From an uncultured Bacteroidales bacterium (GTDB taxonomy: Bacteria; Bacteroidota; Bacteroidia; Bacteroidales; UBA3824), in the NCBI GenBank assembly GCA_905233995.1, contig CAJOGF010000009.1:1-42243 (forward strand): a stretch of 42,243 nt of DNA, read 5' to 3'. Position 1 is the stretch's first letter. Each line of letters opens with the position of its first letter. The notes below the pieces were generated by a model. The model was given only the letters and a program-made list of their open reading frames with translations. It made no database searches and had not been told where the DNA came from. The translations under genes were made by a program, and so were the position numbers. Of the stretch, positions 9,549 to 18,767 are shown in pieces.

Positions 9549-9579
9549 CAGCGTATAAAAAAGTAAAACACAAAAAAAA

Positions 9580-10707
9580 ATGAAATTTGTAGTATCAAGT
9601 ACCGAATTACTTAGCCGTTTACAGTCGATAAGTAGAGTTATTAGTAGCAAAAATACACTTCCTATTCTTGATGATTTTCTTTTTGAAATTCATGATAATA
9701 TGCTTACTATTATGGCCTCTGACCTTGAAAGCACTATGCGTACACGTCTTAGTCTTGATAATGTTGATGGTCAAGGAAAAATTGCAATTGAAGCAAAACG
9801 TTTGACTGATATTTTAAAGGAGTTTCCAGAGCAGCCTTTGATTTTTGAAGTAAATCAAGAGACTCTTGCAGTTGATATTTTATCTGACAACGGTAAGTTT
9901 TCAGTTGTCGGTCAAAACGGAGACGAATATCCAGAAATGAGGCATTTGAACGAAGGTTCAGCGGTTTCGGTATCACTTTCTGGTTCTGCCCTTTTGAAAG
10001 GTATCAACAAAACATTTTTTGCAACCGCTGATGACGAATTGCGTCCTGTTATGAATTGTATTTTTATAAAATTTGACGAAAACGGTGCAACTTTTGTTGC
10101 CTCAGATACGCACAAACTTGTAAGATATGGCAATTCTGACATTAAATTTGGCGGTTCTTCGTCGTTTATTTTGCCAAAAAAACCTGCAACTATGCTCAAG
10201 ACCATTCTTCCGAAAGAGAATCAAGAGATTAAAGTTCAGTTTGATGACAAGAATGCTTATTTCCAACTTTCAGAATACGAGATGATTTGTCGACTTCAGG
10301 AGGGACAATATCCTAATTATGAGGCTGTTATTCCGTCTAACAATCCTAATCGTCTTACTATTTCAAGATTGGATTTTGCAACGGTTCTAAAACGTGTGTC
10401 TGTCTTTTCAAGTTCAAGCAATCTTATAAAACTTGACATTAAATCGGATTTTGTAACCGTTACGGCACAGGACATTGACTTTTCGATTTCGGCGTATGAA
10501 AAAATTAATGCTCAATACGAAGGCGATGAAATGTTGATTGGTTTCAAATCGGCATTCTTGATTGATATTCTTGGAGCGATGAACTCAGAGAATGTTGTTC
10601 TTCAGATGTCAGACCCTTCAAGAGCGGGTATTGTGGTTCCGCTTGAAAAAGAATCAGAATCGGAAGACGAACTTATGTTGCTTATGCCGATGATGATTAA
10701 CGACTAA
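9580..10707 (+). CDS. dnaN: DNA polymerase III beta subunit (sliding clamp)
   Basis: 375 aa with the typical N-terminus MKFVVSSTELLSRLQSISRVISSKNTLPILDDFLFE. Three-domain length and a C-terminal LMPMMI-type end. Confidence 0.93.
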   Translation: MKFVVSSTELLSRLQSISRVISSKNTLPILDDFLFEIHDNMLTIMASDLESTMRTRLSLDNVDGQGKIAIEAKRLTDILKEFPEQPLIFEVNQETLAVDILSDNGKFSVVGQNGDEYPEMRHLNEGSAVSVSLSGSALLKGINKTFFATADDELRPVMNCIFIKFDENGATFVASDTHKLVRYGNSDIKFGGSSSFILPKKPATMLKTILPKENQEIKVQFDDKNAYFQLSEYEMICRLQEGQYPNYEAVIPSNNPNRLTISRLDFATVLKRVSVFSSSSNLIKLDIKSDFVTVTAQDIDFSISAYEKINAQYEGDEMLIGFKSAFLIDILGAMNSENVVLQMSDPSRAGIVVPLEKESESEDELMLLMPMMIND

Positions 10708-10743
10708 TTTTTGTTTCCATATATTTATTTTATTATTTGTTGC

Positions 10744-10777
10744 AATCGGCAGAAGATAAACTGCCGGTTGTTTTTTT
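10744..10777 (+). terminator. Rho-independent terminator after dnaN
   Basis: Stem aatcggcag (10744-10752) pairs with ctgccggtt (10761-10769) with one G-U pair. The loop is 8 nt and is followed by gttttttt. Confidence 0.7.
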
Positions 10778-10789
10778 AATTTTAAGAAT

Positions 10790-11143
10790 ATGAAAAAAGT
10801 TATCTTTTTAGCGGTTTTGATACTGCTTATAGGAGGAAGTTTGTTCTTTTTCTTCCGTTATTATTGGCCCTTTGCTGACGGAGTTAAGGCAGGAACGCTT
10901 GATCAAGTAATGCACAAAGGTTATGTTTTCAAGACCTACGAGGGCAGCATTCATCAAGACAAACTTATAAACGCAACCGACAAGGTTTGGGAATTTTCGG
11001 TTGTGGATGAAAGAATTGCCGATTCGCTTACAAAATGTGCAGGTGCAAAAGTAACGCTTCATTATAAAGAATACAAAAATTCTATAATGTGGCGTGGAAT
11101 GCAAAAGTTTATTGTTGATAGCATTGTATCCGTAAACCGTTAG
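10790..11143 (+). CDS. Small membrane-anchored hypothetical protein
   Basis: 117-aa ORF with an N-terminal TM/signal anchor (VIFLAVLILLIGGSLFFFF). No recognisable catalytic motif. Confidence 0.55.
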   Translation: MKKVIFLAVLILLIGGSLFFFFRYYWPFADGVKAGTLDQVMHKGYVFKTYEGSIHQDKLINATDKVWEFSVVDERIADSLTKCAGAKVTLHYKEYKNSIMWRGMQKFIVDSIVSVNR

Positions 11144-11868
11144 TATTCTATATCAACAAGATACAACCCGCAGGCAGGTGCTGATTGTCCTGCCTTGCAG
11201 CGGTTTTTGGTATTGATGATTTCATAAAATTGTTCCAACGAAATTTTCTTGGAGCCTAAGTCAGTAAGAGTCCCGACAAGAGCGCGTACCATGTTGCGCA
11301 AAAATCTATCGGCTTTTACTGTAAATATGATTTTGTGTCTATCTTGAGAAAAAAACGCTTCTTTTAAATCGCAAATTGTGGTTTTGTTGTCAGCACCTGC
11401 CTTGCAAAAAGATTGAAAATCCTTTGTTTGTTTTAGGATTTCGCAACCTTGATTCATAATCAGAAAATCTAATTTATACGGAAAATACCATGACCTTTGA
11501 TACAAAAATACGTCTTTTCGAGTGTGAAGATAATATTTGTAGGTGCGACTTTTTGCCGAAAACCTCGCATTAAAATCTTCTGAAGTTTCTTCTATCGAAA
11601 AAATTGAAATGTCGTTTGGTAAAAAACTATTGAGTTTAACTACCAATTTATCAAGGTCTTGAATTTTGTTTTTGCAGTCAAAATGGGCGCAGAAAAATTC
11701 AGCATGAACGCCCGTGTCTGTTCGTCCTGCACCTAAAGAGTCGATTTTTTCTTTAAGCAACATGCTTAAACTATTGTCCAAAACCTCTTGAACAGTAACG
11801 GCATTTGGTTGCTTTTGCCACCCGTGATAATTAGCCCCGTTGTATGAAAGTGTTATTTTGTAGCGCAT
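11140..11868 (-). CDS. truA: tRNA pseudouridine(38-40) synthase TruA
   Basis: MRYKITLSYNGANYHGWQKQPN and the catalytic GAGRTDTGVHA motif. The start is set at ATG 11868 because the TATTTTTG box (11884-11891) overlaps the longer ORF start. Confidence 0.9.
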   Translation of the reverse strand: MRYKITLSYNGANYHGWQKQPNAVTVQEVLDNSLSMLLKEKIDSLGAGRTDTGVHAEFFCAHFDCKNKIQDLDKLVVKLNSFLPNDISIFSIEETSEDFNARFSAKSRTYKYYLHTRKDVFLYQRSWYFPYKLDFLIMNQGCEILKQTKDFQSFCKAGADNKTTICDLKEAFFSQDRHKIIFTVKADRFLRNMVRALVGTLTDLGSKKISLEQFYEIINTKNRCKAGQSAPACGLYLVDIEY

Positions 11869-11883
11869 AATAAAAAAATTATG

Positions 11884-11891
11884 CAAAAATA
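11884..11891 (-). promoter_or_regulatory. -7 box TATTTTTG for truA
   Basis: Plus strand reads caaaaata, 16 nt upstream of ATG 11868. Confidence 0.4.
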
Positions 11892-11904
11892 TTCAAAAAA
11901 ATTG

Positions 11905-11912
11905 TAACTTTG
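11905..11912 (+). promoter_or_regulatory. -7 box TAACTTTG for the OMP gene
   Basis: TAnnTTTG match 23 nt upstream of ATG 11935. Confidence 0.45.
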
Positions 11913-11934
11913 TGCCGCATTTTCTAATAAAAAT

Positions 11935-12822
11935 ATGATAAATTTTTTCAAAATATTAGTTTTTGTTTTCCTGCTCTATTCAGGAAATGTTTTTGGTCAG
12001 CACCTTGTTGGTTTTAATGCGTATTATCTTCAGTCGAAAATTGCCGGAGATTCGGCTGGAATCAACAAAGTTATGTATTCAGAGCCCGGTTATGGCTACG
12101 GAATTTCTTACAAACACATGGAATTGAGAAATATAATTGGTTTTCAAGGTGAAATTAATTTTCAGCAGTCAGGTTTTAGAATCCTCCTTCCAGAGGATGC
12201 CTATTTGTGGACTTCTGACAAAAATCCTAAAGACGAGCCGCTATATTTCAAACAGAAACTACAATATGTAAATGTGCCTGTTTTTATGCATCTTGACTTC
12301 GGTCAGCATACTGTGAAAGCGATTTTTGCAATCGGTACTTATGCAAATTTTTTGCTTAACAAGTCAAAACCGCAAACAAATATCGTGAATTTCGATTCAA
12401 CAGGAATTGATAGAATTGTTAACGGACAATATAAGACTTTTTCATACGGACTTACTGGTCAAGCGGGATTTGCTATTTGTACCAAAGCGGGCGTTGTGCA
12501 ATTGTCGGCGCGGGCGAGCGTTGGAATGTCAAAAATGATAAAAATGGACGATATTGCACTTCTTAATTATATCACCGAAAGGTCGTTCGGTTTTGGAGTA
12601 TCGTATTTTAAACCGTTTGGCAAAGAGCCGTATTACACCAAAAAAGAAAAAGTTAAAAAAGAGGAAAAACTTGAAAAAGAAAAAGATGAACAAAAAGAAA
12701 ATGTTCAAGATTCTTTAAATCAAGAAAATAACGAAGAAGTAACTCCAAAAGAAGAAACCAAGACAAATCCTAACGAACCAACTCAAGAAGACCTTGATTG
12801 GGAAAAGCGTTTTGACGAATAA
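11935..12822 (+). CDS. Outer-membrane beta-barrel (PorT/OMP_b-brl_2-like) protein with a K/E-rich C-terminal tail
   Basis: Signal peptide ending FGQ, and alternating aromatic/hydrophobic beta-strand pattern (YGISYKH, FQGEINFQQ, YVNVPVFMHLDFG, FGFGVSYF). The last ~70 aa are low-complexity KKEKVKKEEKLEKEKDEQKE. Confidence 0.65.
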   Translation: MINFFKILVFVFLLYSGNVFGQHLVGFNAYYLQSKIAGDSAGINKVMYSEPGYGYGISYKHMELRNIIGFQGEINFQQSGFRILLPEDAYLWTSDKNPKDEPLYFKQKLQYVNVPVFMHLDFGQHTVKAIFAIGTYANFLLNKSKPQTNIVNFDSTGIDRIVNGQYKTFSYGLTGQAGFAICTKAGVVQLSARASVGMSKMIKMDDIALLNYITERSFGFGVSYFKPFGKEPYYTKKEKVKKEEKLEKEKDEQKENVQDSLNQENNEEVTPKEETKTNPNEPTQEDLDWEKRFDE

Positions 12823-12832
12823 TATTTTTTTT

Positions 12833-13549
12833 ATGGAAAATTTGGGAAAAATATATATGGTGCCTATGAATTTAGGCGAGGTTAATAGCGGTATGTTTTT
12901 GCCGCCTGAAGTTTTGAATATAATAAAAAGTTTGAAATTTTTTATTGCTGAAAATGCCAAAACTACAAGACATTATCTTATTTCTCTTGGCATGAAAGAC
13001 CTTTTGAACAAAATAACAATTTTTCAAATGGATAAACATGCCGACAAAGTTGATTATTCTGATTTTTTCAAGGAATCTGTTTTGTCAGGTTTTGATTTAG
13101 GAGTGATTTCGGAGGCTGGTTGTCCGGGAGTTGCTGACCCCGGCTCCGAAGTTGTAAGGCAAGCACATTTGCGTGATATTCGGGTTGTGCCGCTTGTTGG
13201 TCCCTCTTCAATACTTTTGTCGTTGATGGCGAGCGGATTAAATGGTCAAAGTTTTGCTTTCAATGGATATTTGCCCGTTAAAATGCCCGAAAGATTGAAA
13301 ACACTAAAAAAACTTGAAGAGTTGTCAAAACAAAAAAATCAGACGCAGATTTTTATTGAAACTCCTTATCGCAACAATTCGCTTTTGGATTTTTTGTGCA
13401 ACAATCTCTCGCAAGAAACATTGTTAACTATTGCTTGTCAACTTACTCTGCCTGACGAATTTATAAAAACACAGAGTATAAAAGATTGGAAAAAACAAAA
13501 ATATGATTTCGACAAAAAGCCTTCAATTTTTTTAATTTTAAAAAAATAA
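12833..13549 (+). CDS. SAM-dependent methyltransferase, tetrapyrrole-methylase (TP_methylase / RsmI-like) fold
   Basis: GKIYMVPMNLGE near the N-terminus, SEAGCPGVADPGSEVV (the methylase family's G-loop) and IETPYRN. The start is set at the internal ATG 12833, after the stop of the upstream gene. Confidence 0.7.
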   Translation: MENLGKIYMVPMNLGEVNSGMFLPPEVLNIIKSLKFFIAENAKTTRHYLISLGMKDLLNKITIFQMDKHADKVDYSDFFKESVLSGFDLGVISEAGCPGVADPGSEVVRQAHLRDIRVVPLVGPSSILLSLMASGLNGQSFAFNGYLPVKMPERLKTLKKLEELSKQKNQTQIFIETPYRNNSLLDFLCNNLSQETLLTIACQLTLPDEFIKTQSIKDWKKQKYDFDKKPSIFLILKK

Positions 13550-13583
13550 AGGTTGTGTTTTTCGTTTTGAAAAACTTTTTTGT

Positions 13584-13591
13584 TATCTTTG
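13584..13591 (+). promoter_or_regulatory. -7 box TATCTTTG
   Basis: TAnnTTTG match 25 nt upstream of ATG 13616. Confidence 0.45.
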
Positions 13592-13615
13592 TCAACAAAA
13601 AAAAATAAGAAAAAA

Positions 13616-14065
13616 ATGATACAAAGGATTCAGACTATTTTTTGGTTTATAGTTGCAGTTTTGTTTATTGTGATGATTCCTAACAATTGGATGAATATTT
13701 TCGCCTCTGACGGTGATTATTTGTTTTCCGCTTTTGGAGTCTATAAGGGTCAAGACCAAATAATTACGGGCGTGCCACTGATAACTTATCTTGGTATTAT
13801 GGCTGCGTTAAATATTGTTATAATTTTTCTTTACAAAAAAAGAGTGCTTCAGGCAAGGCTTACGGTGATTTCGATAATTTTAACATTGTGTTTTTATCTG
13901 CTTGTGTTGATGTACAGATATATGTCGTTTGAAGGAGAAATTTCTTCTACGAATTGGAATTTTCCGCTTATTTTGCCGGTAATCAATGTTATATTGAGTT
14001 TTCTTGCTTGGCGTGCGGTGGTAAAAGATGAGGCTAAAGTTCGCTCGTTGGATAGGTTAAGATAA
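13616..14065 (+). CDS. DUF4293-like small integral membrane protein
   Basis: MIQRIQTIFWFIVAVLF N-terminus typical of this Bacteroidota family as I remember it, plus four predicted TM helices. Confidence 0.6.
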   Translation: MIQRIQTIFWFIVAVLFIVMIPNNWMNIFASDGDYLFSAFGVYKGQDQIITGVPLITYLGIMAALNIVIIFLYKKRVLQARLTVISIILTLCFYLLVLMYRYMSFEGEISSTNWNFPLILPVINVILSFLAWRAVVKDEAKVRSLDRLR

Positions 14066-14085
14066 TTTTTTTAGAAAATTTTGTT

Positions 14086-15495
14086 ATGCGAAAAAAACGC
14101 ACTGGTGAGATTTTTCAAGAGGTTCTCGTTACGGATATTGCAGCCGAAGGTAAGGCTTTAGCACGAATTGACGGAATAGTTTTCTTTATTAAAGGTGCTA
14201 TTCCGGGTGATGTTGTTGACATAAAAGTTGTTAAACGTCAAAAGAATTTTCGAGAAGCGGTAATTGAGAGGTTTATAAAATATTCTGACATACGTCGTAA
14301 TGCTGAATGTGAACATTTTGGAGTTTGTGGCGGTTGTGTTTGGCAAACTTTACCTTATCAATATCAACTTCAATACAAGCAAAAACAAGTTGAAGAGGCT
14401 TTAACTCATATTGCAAAGGTTGAAATTCCTGCTGTCAACAATATAATTGCCTCTGACAAAGAATATTATTATCGCAATAAATTAGAGTTTACGTTTGCCT
14501 TGCAGCGTTGGCTTACGGAAAAAGAAATGGAAATTCCTGACGAAGAAAAACAACTTCAAGGTTTGGGATTTCATATTCCGGGACGTTTCGACAAGGTTTT
14601 GGACATAAAAAAATGTTGTCTTCAAGACGGAAAAAGCAACGAAATTCGTTTGTGGACTAAAAGTTTTTGCTTAGAAAACGGTTTTGAATTTTTCGATTTG
14701 AAAAAACAAACTGGTTTTTTACGAAATATCATCATCAGAAATTCTCTTAATGGGGAGTTGATGGTAATTGTAGTTTTTGCTTTTGAAGATAAACAAAAAC
14801 GGGAACTTTTGCTTGAAAACATGAAAAACGCGTTCCCTGAAATCACATCGCTTATGTATTTTATTAACACAAAACGCAATAGCGATTATTCGGATTTGGT
14901 GGCAAAATTGTATAGTGGCAAGGATTACATAATAGAGGAAATGGCAGGGTTGAAATTTAAGGTTCAAGCCAAAAGTTTCTATCAGACAAATTCGTTGCAA
15001 GCCTACAAATTGTATTCTGTTGCAAAAGAATTTGCTAATCTTAGCGGTAATGAAACAGTTTATGACCTTTATACAGGTACAGGTACAATTGCAAATTTTG
15101 TTTCTGGCAAAGCAAAAAAAGTTGTCGGCGTTGAATATATTGAAGAGGCAATCGAAGACGCAAAAATCAACAGTGAAATCAATAATATCAAAAATACATC
15201 GTTTTTTGCTGGTGATATGAAAGATGTTCTTACAAAAGAATTTATCGAACAAAATGGCAGTCCTGATGTTATTATTCTTGACCCTCCAAGAGCGGGTGTT
15301 CATCCTGATGTCATAAAAACGATTCTTGAAACCTCTCCAAAAAGGATTGTTTATGTAAGTTGTAATCCTGCGACACAGGCGCGAGATGTTCAAATGTTGG
15401 ACTCTGGATATAGGGTTGAGAAAGTTCAGCCGGTTGACATGTTTCCGCAAACATTTCATGTGGAAAACGTGATTTTGTTAACAAAAAAAGTTTAA
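14086..15495 (+). CDS. rlmD: 23S rRNA (uracil-C5)-methyltransferase RlmD/RumA family
   Basis: N-terminal TRAM-like domain, Fe-S cysteine cluster CEHFGVCGGCVWQ, SAM fold DLYTGTGT, DPPRAG, and the catalytic YVSCNPAT. Confidence 0.88.
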   Translation: MRKKRTGEIFQEVLVTDIAAEGKALARIDGIVFFIKGAIPGDVVDIKVVKRQKNFREAVIERFIKYSDIRRNAECEHFGVCGGCVWQTLPYQYQLQYKQKQVEEALTHIAKVEIPAVNNIIASDKEYYYRNKLEFTFALQRWLTEKEMEIPDEEKQLQGLGFHIPGRFDKVLDIKKCCLQDGKSNEIRLWTKSFCLENGFEFFDLKKQTGFLRNIIIRNSLNGELMVIVVFAFEDKQKRELLLENMKNAFPEITSLMYFINTKRNSDYSDLVAKLYSGKDYIIEEMAGLKFKVQAKSFYQTNSLQAYKLYSVAKEFANLSGNETVYDLYTGTGTIANFVSGKAKKVVGVEYIEEAIEDAKINSEINNIKNTSFFAGDMKDVLTKEFIEQNGSPDVIILDPPRAGVHPDVIKTILETSPKRIVYVSCNPATQARDVQMLDSGYRVEKVQPVDMFPQTFHVENVILLTKKV

Positions 15496-15547
15496 ATGGT
15501 TTAGTTTTTGTTTTTTCCTTTTTAACTGAAATATCCGAAAAAAAACG

Positions 15548-17470
15548 ATGAAAGGAAAATCTGTTAAATCGGGCATTGTGAAAGTAGCCGTAATCGGTTT
15601 GTTGGTTATGGTTTCTTGTCTTGTTTTTTATTATGTTATGCAAGTTTTTCAGCAGAAAGAGATTGCACAATTTGCCCGACATGATCGTAATGTTTTGGTT
15701 AACAGAATATTAGAAGTATATTCAGCAAAGTATTCAAGCATTATCAACGATAATTCTGCTTGGGACGAACTTATTGAAAACATTGTTGAGCAAAGAAATG
15801 ATGATTGGCTTGAAAACAATATCGGTTATATGATTGAGAATTATCAAACCGATGCCGCTATTGTTTTTGATAGTTTGGGAAATGTTTTTTACGAGAAACT
15901 ATCCGAAAATAGTCAAGGAAAACAATTATTTCCTTTTAGCGAAAAAATCTCTCAAGATGTTTTTAATGGAAAACCTTTCGCTGACTTTTATTTGAAAATA
16001 GGGCAGGAGATTTATGAATATCACGGTGCTGGTATTGTAAGTGCTGCCGATATACATTCAAGACAAGAAAAACCGGTCGGATATTTATTTTTGGTCAAAC
16101 AAATCTCAAACGACCTTCTTAATCAATACAAAGAAGCAATTGGAAAAACCGAAGTAGGGCTTGTCTGCTCTCAACAAGAGTTGACGGATACGGAAAAAAA
16201 TGTTTATCCTAATTACCTTATTGTAAAAGAATTGAAAGATTATAATGGCGAAACTATTTCGTATATGTATTTTGTCTTCAAAAATTCTTTGGTAAAAATG
16301 TTTAAAAATTTTATTCCTATTTTTGCTTTGATTTCTTTGATGTGCGTTCTTATTGTGTTGGCTATTGTTAGATACACTAATATAAAAGTGTCAAAACCGT
16401 TACAAAATATTGCAACTGCTTTCAATAGTCAAAAAACGGACATGATTTTGCCATTGAAAAAAGAAGAAAATGAGTTTGGCGTTATTTCTGGTATGATTGA
16501 AGAATTTTTTGAACAAAAAAATAATCTTCAGAAATTGAATACTGAAATTTTGCAAAGTCGTGAAGAGATTATGGTTCAAAACGAAACTCTTTTTCAGCAA
16601 AAAGAGGAAATTTTGGTTCAGAACGAAACTCTTCATCAGCAGAAAGAAGAAATATCTGCAATCAACGAAGATTTGGCGGCTCAAAAACATACTCTTGAAC
16701 ATGCTAATCGTCAACTTACAGCAGGAATTACGTATGCAAGTCGTCTACAAAGTGCAATGCTTCAAGCCGTTGCGCCAACAAACGAAATTTTTGATAATTT
16801 TTTCACCATTTATTATCCTAAAGATATTGTTGGAGGTGATTTTTATTTTACAAAACGTAACGGCGACTGTGTAATTGCGGCTCTTGGTGATTGTACTGGT
16901 CATGGGGTGCCGGGGGCTATGCTTGCAAGTATGGGCATTTCGTTTTTAACGCAACTTTTCAACACTTATCAGTCCGAAGATGTTATGCCGAATATGATTC
17001 TCGACCTTCTGAAACAGAAAGTAACCTCTGCTCTCGGTCTTGACAAAGATGGCGAACAACGCAGCGACGGAATGGATATTGCTCTTGTTATGTACAACAA
17101 AAAAACTCGAAATGGTTATTTTTCAGGGGCTCAGCGTCCGATGATACTTATTCGGGACAACGAAATTTTTACTATCAAAGGCGATAATATTCCGATTGGA
17201 TATTTTACAAAAGAGGGCAAGTTTACTGCAATTAACATAAATCTGCAAAAAAACGACAAGATTTATTTGTTTTCGGACGGTTGCACCGATCAGACGGGCG
17301 GAGAAAAAAAACGCAGACTAATGATTCAGAATTTCAGGACAGCATTATTGGAGATTTCTGCTTTGGAATTTTCTAAGCAGAAACAAGCAATCGAAAAATT
17401 GATTTTTGACCATAAAGGCGATTTGCCGCAAACCGACGATATTTCTTTGTTAGCATTTGAAATACATTAA
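15548..17470 (+). CDS. Sensor SpoIIE-family PP2C phosphatase, paralog 3 (TM, periplasmic CHASE4-like domain, TM, HAMP, coiled coil, PP2C)
   Basis: Two TM helices flank a ~220-aa domain containing NSAWDELIENI. A HAMP-like segment (PLQNIATAFN...ENEFGVISGMIEEF) follows, then three 14-aa coiled-coil repeats. PP2C motifs are present: VGGDFYF, GDCTGHGVPGAMLASMG, DGMDIALV, LFSDGCTDQ. Confidence 0.85.
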   Translation: MKGKSVKSGIVKVAVIGLLVMVSCLVFYYVMQVFQQKEIAQFARHDRNVLVNRILEVYSAKYSSIINDNSAWDELIENIVEQRNDDWLENNIGYMIENYQTDAAIVFDSLGNVFYEKLSENSQGKQLFPFSEKISQDVFNGKPFADFYLKIGQEIYEYHGAGIVSAADIHSRQEKPVGYLFLVKQISNDLLNQYKEAIGKTEVGLVCSQQELTDTEKNVYPNYLIVKELKDYNGETISYMYFVFKNSLVKMFKNFIPIFALISLMCVLIVLAIVRYTNIKVSKPLQNIATAFNSQKTDMILPLKKEENEFGVISGMIEEFFEQKNNLQKLNTEILQSREEIMVQNETLFQQKEEILVQNETLHQQKEEISAINEDLAAQKHTLEHANRQLTAGITYASRLQSAMLQAVAPTNEIFDNFFTIYYPKDIVGGDFYFTKRNGDCVIAALGDCTGHGVPGAMLASMGISFLTQLFNTYQSEDVMPNMILDLLKQKVTSALGLDKDGEQRSDGMDIALVMYNKKTRNGYFSGAQRPMILIRDNEIFTIKGDNIPIGYFTKEGKFTAININLQKNDKIYLFSDGCTDQTGGEKKRRLMIQNFRTALLEISALEFSKQKQAIEKLIFDHKGDLPQTDDISLLAFEIH

Positions 17471-17475
17471 AAAAA

Positions 17476-18258
17476 ATGGATATTTTTCTTATTGGAACGG
17501 GAAATGTTGCTTTTAGTTTGATTCAAGCCTTTCAAAAGCAAGGACATAATATCAAAGGAGTTTTTTCAAGAACAAAAGAGCATACAAAAAGTTTTTGCGA
17601 AAAGTTTTCTGTTCCTGCTTGTTATGATTTGAGCGAGATTCCAAGTATTTGTGATTTTTATTTTATTTGTACCTCTGACTATGGAATTGAGTCAGCGGCA
17701 GAAATGTTAAAAGAAAAAAATGGCATAAAAGTTCATACATCGGGCAGCACTCAGATGACAATTTTGCAAAAGTTTTCTAAAGATTGTGGCGTGATGTATC
17801 CTGTCCAAACGTTTTCAAAGTCCAAAACGGTTGATTTCAAAAATGTACCTTTGTTGATAGAGGCTTCGAGTGTAGAGTCAGAAGCAAAACTTATGAAATT
17901 AGCGTTGACTCTATCTTCAGATGTTAGAAAAATGACCTCTGTGCAAAGACGCTTTTTGCATCTTGCGGCAGTATTTGCTTGTAATTTCACAAATCATTTT
18001 ATTGCAGTTTCAAAAATGCTGACAAAGACTGAGAATATTGATTTTGACTTGTTGAAACCATTAATTCAAGAAACAATGCAAAAGGCTTTGACTTTAGATC
18101 CGGTGAAACATCAATCAGGACCGGCGCAAAGAGATGATAGTCAAATATTAAATTTACATTTAGAAATGCTGAAAGACGAAATATTGTTGAAAAAAATTTA
18201 TAGTTTTGTTTCTTCAAGTATTGTGGATTTTAGAGAACGATTTAAAAATGGAATATAG
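17476..18258 (+). CDS. Rossmann-like / DUF2520 domain protein
   Basis: N-terminal GxGxxA dinucleotide fold (IGTGNVAFSL) and C-terminal SGPAQRDD, as I remember for DUF2520. Confidence 0.65.
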   Translation: MDIFLIGTGNVAFSLIQAFQKQGHNIKGVFSRTKEHTKSFCEKFSVPACYDLSEIPSICDFYFICTSDYGIESAAEMLKEKNGIKVHTSGSTQMTILQKFSKDCGVMYPVQTFSKSKTVDFKNVPLLIEASSVESEAKLMKLALTLSSDVRKMTSVQRRFLHLAAVFACNFTNHFIAVSKMLTKTENIDFDLLKPLIQETMQKALTLDPVKHQSGPAQRDDSQILNLHLEMLKDEILLKKIYSFVSSSIVDFRERFKNGI

Positions 18259-18754
18259 AGATAAACTCAAGAAAATCAAAGCGTTTGCTTTTGATGTTGA
18301 CGGTGTTTTTTCGTCAGCAATGATAGCAATGCCTGATGGTGAATTGCTAAGACTTATGGACGCAAAGGACGGTCTTATTGTAAAAAAAGCAATTGAGTTA
18401 GGTTTCAAGATCGCAATTATAACAATGGGCAATTCTCAATCTGTAAAATCAAGATTTTTAAGACTTGGAATTTCTGACGATTATTATGATTCAACTGTTA
18501 TAAAGAATAAGTTTTCGGCTTTGAAAAACTTTGCAAATAAGCACAATTTGCAATTAGAAGAAATTATGTATGCAGGAGACGATTTGTCGGATATTGAATG
18601 TGTAAAAAATGCAGGTCTTGGAGTTTGTCCTCAAGATGCAGTTGAGCAAGTAAAACAAGTTTCTGATTATGTTTCTCTTCGTCTTGGCGGACACGCTTTT
18701 GTAAGAGAAGTTGTGGAAGATGTTTTAAAAAGTCAGAACATAAAATATTACTAA
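18248..18754 (+). CDS. kdsC: 3-deoxy-D-manno-octulosonate 8-phosphate phosphatase (HAD, KdsC family)
   Basis: HAD motif I FAFDVDGVFS, KDG..I, and motif IV GDDLSDIE. Size is about 168 aa. The start is set at the internal ATG 18248, an 11-nt overlap with the upstream gene. Confidence 0.8.
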   Translation: MEYRDKLKKIKAFAFDVDGVFSSAMIAMPDGELLRLMDAKDGLIVKKAIELGFKIAIITMGNSQSVKSRFLRLGISDDYYDSTVIKNKFSALKNFANKHNLQLEEIMYAGDDLSDIECVKNAGLGVCPQDAVEQVKQVSDYVSLRLGGHAFVREVVEDVLKSQNIKYY

Positions 18755-18767
18755 AACACCAAAAGTT

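Noticed and set aside
9511-9579. Chromosomal origin (oriC) next to dnaN.
   Set aside because: There is no dnaA gene and no cluster of DnaA-box-like TTATCCACA/TGTGGATAA motifs here. The spacer is only 69 bp and is accounted for by a promoter box.
12640-12822. K/E-rich low-complexity tail of the OMP gene as a separate feature, or as a gene fusion.
   Set aside because: It is continuous in frame with the barrel domain and has no independent start or motif. It is most simply a disordered C-terminal extension.
14719-15459. A 246-aa antisense ORF inside rlmD. Similar shadow ORFs include 532-951, 918-1373, 8968-9378, 20986-21375, 23908-24362 and 37456-37800.
   Set aside because: They lie entirely within well-supported genes on the opposite strand or in another frame. 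Their composition is low-complexity or biased (K/F/I/N-rich) and they have no recognisable motifs. Such ORFs are typical of AT-rich DNA.
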